Shown: in pieces, positions 53,959 through 64,000 of the stretch
How the letters are laid out: each line of letters opens with the position of its first letter
Numbering within the stretch: position 1 is the stretch's first letter
DNA from: Lama glama
Taxonomy: Eukaryota
Direction of reading: 5' to 3'
Assembly: GCA_028534125.1 (NCBI GenBank)
Contig: CM052817.1
Coordinates: forward strand, 90,150,001 to 90,214,000
Length of the DNA stretch: 64,000 bases
Made by a program: the position numbers and the translations under genes
Notes under the pieces: model-generated
The model's input: only the letters and a program-made list of their open reading frames with translations
Database searches by the model: none
Told to the model about the DNA's origin: nothing

Positions 53959-54410
53959 TTTTTTTATTTTATTTTTTATTGAAGTGTTGATTTATAGTGT
54001 TAGTTTCAGGTGTACAGCAAAGTGATTCAGTTATACATATACATACCTATATATTCAGATTCTTTTTCATTATAGCTTATTACAAGAAATTGAATATAGT
54101 TCCCTGTGCTATACAGTAGGTCCTTGTTGTTTATCTATTTTATACTAAGTAGTGTGTATCTGTTAATCCCAAACTCCTAATTTACCCCTCCCCTCTCTTT
54201 CCCCTTTGGTAACTATAGTTTGTTTTCTATGTCCATGAGTCTATTTCTAGTTTGAAAACAAAATTTGTATACTTTTTAAATTCCACATATAAGTGATATC
54301 ATGTATTTGTCTTTCTCCGTCCCTCTTCACTTAATATGATAATCTCTAGATCCATCCGTGTTGCTGCAAATGGCATTATTTCATTATTTTTTATGGCTGA
54401 ATTATACTCC

Positions 54411-54444
<34 letters not shown>

Positions 54445-55027
54445 CACACCACATCTTCTTTTTCCAGTCATCTGTTGATGGCCATTTAGGTCACTTCCAT
54501 GTCTTGGCTATTGTAAATAGTGCTGCTATGAATATTGGGGTGAGTGTGTCTTTTCAAATTATAGCTTTCTCTGGATATATGCCCAGGAGTGGGATTGCTG
54601 GATCATACGGTAACTCTATTTTTAGTTTCTTAAGGAACCTCCATACTGTTCTCTGTAGTGGCTGTACCAATTTACATTTTCATCAACAGTGTAGCAGGGT
54701 TCATTTTTCACTACACCCTCTCCAGCATTTATCATTGTGGACTTTTGAATGATGGCCATTCTGACTGGTGTGAGGTGATACCTCGTTGTAGCTTTGATTT
54801 TCATTTCTGTGATAATTAGCAATATTGAACATTTTTTCATGTGCCTATTAGCTATTTGTATGTCTTCTTTGGACAAGTGTCTACTTAGATCTTCTGCCCA
54901 TTTTTGGATAGGGTTGTTTGGGTTTTATATATATTAAGCTGTATATATATTTATGTATTAAGATTATTAATATATTTATATATATTAAGCTGTTTGTGTG
55001 TGTGTATATGTGTGTGTGTGTATTTAT

Positions 55028-55066
<39 letters not shown>

Positions 55067-56042
55067 AAGCTGTATGAGCTGATTGTATATTTTGGAAATT
55101 AGTCCCTTGTCAGTTGCATCATTTACAAACATTTTCTCCCATTCTGTAGGTTGTCCTTGTGTTTTGCTTATGGTTTCCTTTGCTGTGCAAAAGCTTTTAA
55201 ATTTAATTAGGTCCCATTTGTTTACTTTTGCTTTTATTTCCATTACTCTAGGAGATGGATCCAAAAAAATATTGCTGCAATTTATGTCAAAGAGTGTTCT
55301 ATGTTTTCCTCTAGGAGTTTTAGAATATCCAGTCATATATTTAGGCCTTTAACCCATTTTGAGTTTTTTTTGTATCTGGTAAAGAATGTTCTAATTTCAT
55401 TCTTTCACATGTAGCTATCCAGTTTTTCCAGCACTATTTATTGAAGAGACTGTCTTTTCTTCATTGTATATTCTTGCCTCCTTTGTTGTAGATTAATTGA
55501 CCATAAGTGTGTGGGTTAATTTTTGGATTTTCTACCCTGTTCCATTGATCTCTGTGTCTGTTTTTGTGCCAGTGTCATATTGTTTGGATTACAGCAGCTT
55601 TGTAGTATGGTCTGAAGTCAGGGATCATGATTCCCCCAGCTTTGTTCTTCTTTCTCAAGATTGTTTTGGCTATTCAGGGTCTTTTGTGTTTCCATACAAA
55701 TTTTAACATTTTTTGTTCCAGTTCTGTGAAAAATGTCATTGGTAATTTGATAGAGATTGCACTGAATCTGTATATTGCCTTGGGTATTATGGCCATTTTA
55801 ATAAAATTGATTCTTCCAATCCAAGAACGTGGTATCTCTCTCCATCTATTTGTGTCATCTTCAATTTCTTTTGTCAGTGTCTAATAGTTTTCAGATTTCA
55901 GAGCGCAGGCCCTCTATCTCCTTAGGTAGGTTTATTCCTAGGTGTTTTATTCTTTTTGATGCAATGATAATGGGTTTTTCCCTCAATTTCTTTTTCTGCT
56001 ATTTTGTTGTTAGTGTATAGAAATGCAGCTGATTGCTGTATA
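53959..56042 (-). mobile_element. 5'-truncated LINE-1 (about 2.1 kb), a different, probably older subfamily
   Basis: ORF2 C-terminal fragments ([32 protein letters not shown]), 3'UTR and T-tract. Internal (TG)14 at 54413-54440 and TA/TG expansion at about 54925-55068. No TSD found. Confidence 0.93.
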
Positions 56043-59000
56043 GTATAAAGTAATCTATCAATATAAAAATATGGTACTTAAAGAAAAAAATGGATTCATT
56101 ATAAAATAATGAGATCCTGTTCTAGGTCCCAGAACTTTATCTCTTTGTTAGGGATTTCAACTGACAGAAAGGAGAGTGACTATAAACGTGCACTGGAGAC
56201 TCTGAAGGACCATGCTCTTCAGAGAGCAAAACGCGTGCAGTAGAGCAGGTCATTACTGATATTGGGGGTAAAGAGTAGATTTTTTTAACCCTCAAGTATC
56301 AAGACCTTTCCTAAAAGTTCTGTAGTGTTATAAATTTAGAAAGATTCACCATATAAGAAAATTTGAGTAAGGGATAAAATTAAAGAATTTTTCCAGAGTC
56401 CAGAACAATAATCCAAATGAGGGCTCTTTTCTTGCCATTGGCCCCAAAGAATCATAATCTCACCAGGAAGCCCATTTATAACTGCCCTACCCTGATATAC
56501 AAAATCTATACATTTAACATTAAAAAAGAAAAATCCTATCTCCCGTTGACTGCTGCAGGCTATTTAGAGTAGCTTGTATCAAACTGAGGCTCCAACTGAG
56601 AATAACTATGAAAGCTAGATTTTTTTTGAAAGGAGGGCTTTGAAAAACAACCAAGGCATCCAAGAAGGGAGAAATTGAGGGACAGGATCCCTGAGAAAAA
56701 GAAATCAAAGGGAAGTGAGTCTAACATACTGCATGCAGTTATCCCTCTAGGCATCTGCCAAATGCTGTGGATGTGGAAGACAAGGGCAGAACACCAAGTA
56801 GAAAACACTTGCCAGAAGGCTAAAAAATGCAAAACAGAGTTTTGTTTTGTTTTGTTTTATTTTTTTACGATCTCATTCTCTGGGGGAGACACCATGTAGA
56901 ATTTAGGGCTCAACAATAAAGAGGGGCCCTTGTAAACATCAGCAGGTCTCAGTTCAAGTGCTTGGAATGTCTATAGTTTAGGCATAGACCATTTAGAAAG
57001 GAACCTTTGAAAATGCTTTTCCTGTTTTACTTCCTATATACGTGTAAATCTGGAACACTGAGGCACCAGCAGGCCTATTCAGATTACACTAACGTAACAG
57101 TCATTTAAAAACTTTTTCTAACAACTTATCTGTTAGGACTCTGTTTCTCAAGAGTCCCACTGGTCCAGAACAAACCTTTATCTGTAACATAATTTATCAC
57201 AACTGGGTATATGTTGCTGCCAGGGTATTCAAAATCGTATCAAAAACATGCCAGGATACTTTATCAAACTTTCATTCAAGAAATTCTCGTGGCTGTCATA
57301 TTTCCCAGTAGACTTCTGGATATCTTTTGTTCATATGCACTCAGCAGATAAAAGATAATAACTCTTCTAAGTATGAGTTTTAAAATCTTTGAACTAAGGG
57401 GCAGAATAATAACTCTATTCTTAGTTATCATTCAAGCTTAATATGTCTTAAAAAAAAGCAATCTATCAATGGTAAGGCAGTGTCAGTGGTAAGACAGTGG
57501 TCATTCAGTTCTTTTAATAAAATTGCTTTATTTTTGTTAAGTGTTGGTGGTTATTCTTAGAATTACAACACCCAGATCCATGGAAATATGACCTCTTCCT
57601 CAGAGGATGTAAATCTTTCTAGTTCTAGTGCTAGAATCTGATAGTTGAAAAGCAATTTGGGGGCTATTGTTCACTTGTACAAATGTTTATTAAATATCAA
57701 TAATGCGCCTCAAAATGTGCTGGGCATTATGGGATGTAAAATACATACATGATAACACCTTTCTTTCAGATTCATAAATTCCTATAAAAACTTATCCCCA
57801 AAATGATTAGAGAGAGCTTTAGAAACTATGATAAAACAGTCACAGGAACCTATTATAAAAATGATTTTTATTGAGTACTATTTTTTTATGTGTAGGCATT
57901 ATGCTAAGTTGTTTAAATTTTATCTTCACAATCATGAAATAGATACTTTGTATGACAATTAAAAAATATCGATTCTGAGACATTATAAGTAAGTATTTTG
58001 GAAAAATTTCCATAGGTATTTGGTTGGAACATTTCTAACCATTACACTGAAACTTGCAAAAGTAAAAATAAAAGTAGTGAGAATAAGATGATGATTTTGT
58101 AAGGCTAGATATTTCTATTGGTGCCTGGATTTCTGCTAACATATGCTAGATGTATACAGCAACGTATTTGTTAACTTAAAGGAAGAAAAGTGATCTTTCC
58201 GTTAGAGTAATCTGGTAACATAATATTTGAGATTCTATTGTAATCCCTAGCATACACCATTTGTGAAAGCGAGGGAAGCAGAACATTATATTTGAGCTCC
58301 AAGTTCAAATTTTTAATCAGGGATTGTTTCTTTTATCCTTGTAGTAAAACAAAGACCATTCATTGCTTCATTGTACGGAGTCAAAATGCAAGTCATAATG
58401 CAGTGTTACATGAGGACACCCTTTCTTTTAAAACGCAAATGCTCTACAGCTCTTTCTTTTAAGAATGAGTCAGAGCTCTAAAAGTAAGCTAACACAATCA
58501 TTGTTTTGTACCGTTTATGGACATAACTCAATGTATTACAATTCAGGGAGTGATGGCGCCGCCTTAAAATGATCTCTAAACTATAAAGAAAAATTTGAAA
58601 ACAAGTTAGTTTTTACTTTTACACCTCATGTGACTCTTTAAATAAGTTTTTCAGATTGTTTAGTGAGTTTTTTCTTTTTCAATTGCTTCCTCTGTCTGAG
58701 GGGAAAAAAAGCCCTCCAAGTGTTTTCAAACATATAAACGTGGTAGATAAAAGAAAAGGAACAAGATACTTAAAATGAATAATTTGGAACCAGAGTAAAT
58801 TTTTGCAGGCATCAGACTGGAAAGGTCTTGACTGATAGAAAGTTCACTGTATTTGACATTCAAACAAGCAGTCAATATTTAAAGAGAAGTTCTCCCTGTT
58901 TTTTAAATATTGATTTGGGGAGAAAATAAGTTGTTAGGAGTCTAGCTACTTGAAGTTCCAATCTATGTGCATTTCAAAGCCACCTCAAGGAATGCTTGCC

Positions 59001-62000
59001 CCTGTAAAGATAAAAAGCATAAATACATTAGGAATGAGAAATAATTATCTTGAACTTCAGGCCCAATATAAATGCGGAAACCTTTTATAACCAATGTGCT
59101 CCATTGGCATGGGTGACTCTCAGAAGGTAACTAATGTCAGCGTGCTTAATGATCATATAAAAATCTAGGTAGGAGCAAAACAAAACAAACAATGATGTTT
59201 TTTCATAAGTAAAATAAATAAACACCACCATTTGTACATTCTTCAATCTGGTTCATATACAAATAGATATTATTCATGTAGATATTTCCTCAACTTAAAA
59301 AAATGTTTGCTTGTGCAGAATTCATAAATAAGAGGGAAAACATTGTCTACATTGTGATTTAATCCCAAAGTTAAAAGTTTTCTATTATTTGCAAGGTAGA
59401 TCTAAAGCAATCAGTAAGAATAATTCAAAGTAGGAATATTTTTTCCTCAACTACCTGAGTAACATTTGAGCTTCTAGAATATTCCAAATGATTTAGGTAA
59501 TGACAACCTAATTTCTAAGAACTTTGTGCACTTTAAAAATCACTTGTTTTTCAGAGTATGGCTGCTACACCTGCATGCAATCAGAAGTTTTTCTGTTTAG
59601 TTTTTAGAAGTTCTTTCTACCTTTCTTCAAATATGCAAGTTCACCAGGTGTTTGGAATGTTAGTTTGGTAGCAGGGTTATAAAAACTTAATGGTGCTTTT
59701 TCTCCCTGTCACTTTGAACTAACTTCTTCATCTGTGCTGTAACAGACTTGTGGGTAGTGTATTTGTTATGTTCACAGTAAACTAAAATTTCTTCCATTTA
59801 CTTCAAACATTTCTCTCTTTGAACAACAACAACAAAAAAGAAAGAAACCACTGCCCCTCAGCCACATGGTTTTACTTTTACTTTTCTTTAAAAACTGTAG
59901 TCTGTTTACTGTAGTTTCTTTTTTTTCCCCCTATCATTGACTCTCCCTGATTTTTCTTTCTAAAATTCAATAGGGTCTTTCTTGAAAAGTACTTTAAGAA
60001 GCAACAGATAAACATGTTGAGAAATTTATCAAGTCTGTAATCCAAAGTAGGAATGAACTTTTAAAGTAGTCCTACAAAGGAAAATAGAATCATCTATAAG
60101 AAATAGACTTTTAGAAAATAATACCAACTTTCCTATGCCTTTTAATCAACCAGCTAAAAATTTCCATTAAAGGTGATGAATGGTATGAATAATAAAGAAC
60201 ATGATCTACATATTTGATCCAGTAATGGGAAAGTGAGAGATGACACAAAAGGTGATTCAATGATCCCTGGGTTAATCCACTTGAATTGTAAAAATATCTA
60301 GACCAAGTTAAAATTAACATAGAACACTCAATAAAAGCATGTAACCGGTTGTTGTATGCTAGGTTGTCTCTAATGGACAGCTTTGAATATTTTATATTTT
60401 TCTTTTATGAATCTATATTTAAATATGGATCATTATGTTTGCAAGGGAGTAGGAGATTTGGGGAAGACTACAGAAGAGAACCTGGAGAAGTAATAGGTTA
60501 GTGTGGTGATGCAGGAAGGTGAAAAATCTTGGTGAGGAATCATTGTTTTGAGAAACAAAGAGCTAAAATGTTTCTTCAAGGTTTTACTGAGCATTTGTCA
60601 AAGTATGCTCTACCTTGGGTGTTCTAGGGGATCCAAATAAGAGTCTGGATTCTGACTCTTTTAAGCTTCTAATACCTTTTGGATTCAAGTTAACTTTAGC
60701 TTTAGAAAGCACTGATGATGTAGATAAATCTCTCAAACAAAATATTAAGTGAGAAAAGGTGGGTACAAAAGAATAACTTACATTAATGATAAAAGTAAAG
60801 TCTAAACAGGGAAACCCAATATATTCTTTAGAAAATTAGAATAGTGATTGCCCTTGAAGGAGGTTGTTGCAGAAGAAAGTACAAAGAGAGCTGTTGACAA
60901 TATGCTGTTTCTCGATCTGGTTGTGAGGATCACAGTTACATGCATTTTGTGATAATTCATCAAGGTATGCACTTATTATATGATAATGAGTTTTTAATTC
61001 TGTAAATTATAGTTCAAAAATCTAAATGTATTTGATAAAATGACAAATAATTAGCTTTAAGATAAACATGGCGTTTTCTAAAGGTATCTATTTTGCACAA
61101 TTTCTTAAAAGTGGTGAATGGTTAAAGCCTGAATGATTTCTTGGTTGAGGAGGTGGGAAATTTTTTCTTAGGCTCAAAATATATGTAGGAAACTTGGGCA
61201 ATAACAATCACAGTAACTATAAAATGGTACTAATAATCATCACTGTTACAATTGTTGGTATTGGTTCACAGCCACGAACCTAAGCATTTTACTTAAACCT
61301 TAACCTTTACAATGACTCTTGATAGTTACTTTATCTTTGTTTAAAAAATTCAAAATTAAGATACAGAGTGAAGTAAGTTGCCTGAGTAAGATAAAGAGAC
61401 CACATTATTCATAATTCATGTATAATGAAAACAATAAAAATAGAGGCTGTGCAGATATTCAGGGTAAGGCTGAAGATCGGGAAGGCCAGGCAGCTGTGTT
61501 CCTGTCTTGAAGAGCAATGTTGGTGGTCCCATGAGGGCCTGGGAAGCTGTGTAGAAATTGGCTCCATTTGTGCCCCTAGAAGCTGGAGGCTGGGACTCCC
61601 TTCACCCATTGTTGGAGGTTTGTCCTGGGGACATGAGCTAGAAAGTTCTCAGGTAGAGAAGCTGAAGGCAGGTGCTTCATGTGAGATTGTCCACAGCTTC
61701 AGATGAACTCATGTGGATGAACAAGAATGTCTGAAGCAGTACCTCCTAAAAAACCACTTTTCTGAGAGATTTCAAGATACATAATCTGTCTCAAAACTAT
61801 CATTTCCTTCAGCACTGAGAAATCAAGTAAAAATTTACAAAGATTACAAACTTGCAGACATGAGCTCTGAGGCCAGGAACTGCTTCTTGAAAGACAGGAT
61901 TGCAAGATGTTGCAGAAAATCACTGCTTTGAAAAGCTGAACAATTTGCAAGCTTCTTCAGCTTGGCCTATTCAACCCCAATTCTAACTTGTGCACCGTGG

Positions 62001-62479
62001 ACCCCCTTCCAAAATTCATCCCTTCCAAGCACTCAGGTTCCAACCTTAACTTATTTCTATGAGAAACAACAAAAACAAATCAAAACAAAACTTTGTAAAG
62101 CCTCCTTTATCAGGTGTGTTTGGAAATATGTTTTTAGCAGTATTTTTCTTTTCTGGCCAGGTAACATTATAAGACAATTCAACATGTTTGTTTCACATAG
62201 GCTTTTCTGGTGTTGGATGGGGAGTGAATTTGTCACCTTGAAGAATATTACCTTTTCTCTATTGTATTTGACTCAATTATACTCTGTTTATGGCTTACTT
62301 TAAAACTTTTTTCTTCATTAATGGCTATGGAAAATTATTAATTTAATTTTGCCCCATCAGTCAACTTTTTCCTTTATTCCTTTGTTATTTTCCAAAAATT
62401 TTTCTAAAATTTAGAAAGTTCTTTTTCCTTGGCTTCAGATCTTAGGATTTCATCAATTTTTAATCAAAATTTTGGTTTT

Positions 62480-64000
62480 GATTTATAAAAAATTATATGC
62501 AATACTTAAATGTATTCTTATCTCAAGTAACAGATGACTATAGTCAGTTAAATGTTCCTTTTTTTCCAATACCATTATCCTTAGTGTTTCTCAAATACTC
62601 CTGTTTCCAGAGGCAACCACAGTTACAACTTTGCAGTTTATTCTTTATAAACATAAAAAGAATAGTTAATGAAATAAAATACATAGTTACGGGTTTTTTT
62701 TATTTAGCATAAATGAATATATGTCTTATATATTCTTTCATTTGCTGTTTTACACACCGATATACTTTTGACTTAGAAGTCAGCCTTGCTCTGCTATTGT
62801 ATGGGTACACTGCAATTTATTTAACCACATACTGATGATGGAAATATAGTTCCTTTACAGTTGTTTTTCCGTGTATCAAGAATTAAAATTTTGCTACATA
62901 TATTTTTATATAAAGAACAGAAATTTTATAGGATAACTAGAAATAGAATTCCAAGGTCGATGTATTTCAATGTATTAAATTTTCTGATACTGCTAAATTG
63001 TTAACTAAAAGGGCTATTCCAGTTTATAATATTATTAATAATATAGTACCATGTTTATTTTCTGATTAATATTTTAGTATCTGAGTGATAAAAATTGGCA
63101 TTTCTGTGTTGCTTTATTTAAATTTCCCTGAATAATTGTGTTAGGTCATACTTTGATAAATGTATTGGCCAATGTCACACTGTATTCTGGGAGTAGGCTG
63201 TTTATGTTTTTAAAATTTTTTATTGAATTGTAAAAGACCTTTCAATATTAAATACAATAGCACTTAGAGAATTATCGATATATCCACATCATTATCTTTT
63301 CTGTGATTTCTAAGTTTAGTGTTTACTTAGAAAGCCTTCTTCACCCCAAAATTATTTTCCTAATTGAAATCCCACTGAACAAATGTGTTTGTGTATATAC
63401 TCTTAATATTTATCTACACTTATATAAATTAAATCAATTCTAAATAAATTAAAGTGTAATTTCTAATCCATCTGGAATTTTCTATATGGTTTGAATAACT
63501 AGAAGAACATTTATTGTATAACTTACAGTTTTCCTTCTGGTTTTCAGTCCTACCTTTATCATTAGGTAAATCTTCAGATAGACGAGTCAGTTTCTAGAAT
63601 TCTAGTCTGGGTTCCCTGGTTTGTTTATTGCAGTTACTTGCTCTTTTAATTCCTATCATTTCACAGTAATTAATCCGTGGAAAATATGTCTTCTTCACTG
63701 TTTGCTTTTTGCAGAACTATTTAGAATATTCATCTTCACTTTCTCTTTCAAATATAATTATCTTCATACAAATGACTGTTGTAATGTTCAGAAGCACATT
63801 GAATATATGGATTTATTTGGATGAACCGGCATCATTAAAATTTTTAGTCTTTTTATCCAGGCTTTTGGCATGTCTCTCCATCCCTTATATCTTTTAGGGC
63901 CATTAGGTAAAGTACTATTGTCTTTATTTTAATAAGTCTTGCATACTTTTTGCGAGTTTTATTCTTTAATATTTTATTTTTGTGACTAAAATCAAGTATA
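62480..64000 (-). mobile_element. Highly decayed L1ME-type relic
   Basis: T-rich sequence with ccagaggcaaccac, tttatttaacc..actgatg, taatccatctggaatt and ttcaatattaa-type L1 ORF2/3'UTR traces. Confidence 0.6.

Noticed and set aside
59061..59126. 66-bp AG/GT-flanked segment AQYKCGNLL*PMCSIGMGDSQK as a possible last tail helix
   Set aside because: Similarity is limited to about 3 residues; insufficient.
1..64000. tRNA, rRNA, snRNA genes, CRISPR arrays or prokaryotic systems
   Set aside because: None recognised; the sequence is mammalian repeat-rich DNA.

Overview
AT-rich, CpG-depleted, repeat-dense eutherian genomic DNA. It is probably from a camelid or similar artiodactyl, judged from the L1 3'UTR type and the absence of recognisable Alu, B1, Bov-A/BovB, PRE-1 or SINEC elements. 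I found no intact protein-coding gene. Well supported: a processed pseudogene of ATP6V0E1 (+, about 12.64-13.48 kb, missed by the ORF track); a full-length decayed 7.1 kb LINE-1 (-) with a 14-bp target-site duplication (TSD); two 5'-truncated L1s; five MaLR (MLT1) solo LTRs; MER20, MER58A and Tigger2-type DNA transposons, two of them carrying nested insertions; and many L2, MIR and L1M relics. The most interesting and most speculative signal lies in the non-repeat islands on the + strand. They hold mostly AG/GT-flanked, stop- and frameshift-riddled segments whose translations resemble vinculin/alpha-catenin in N-to-C order, with two tail-like domains, suggesting an anciently dead spliced gene (unitary pseudogene). 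That call rests on by-eye alignment to remembered sequences and needs an HMM or TBLASTN test. Repeat family names are also by-eye calls.
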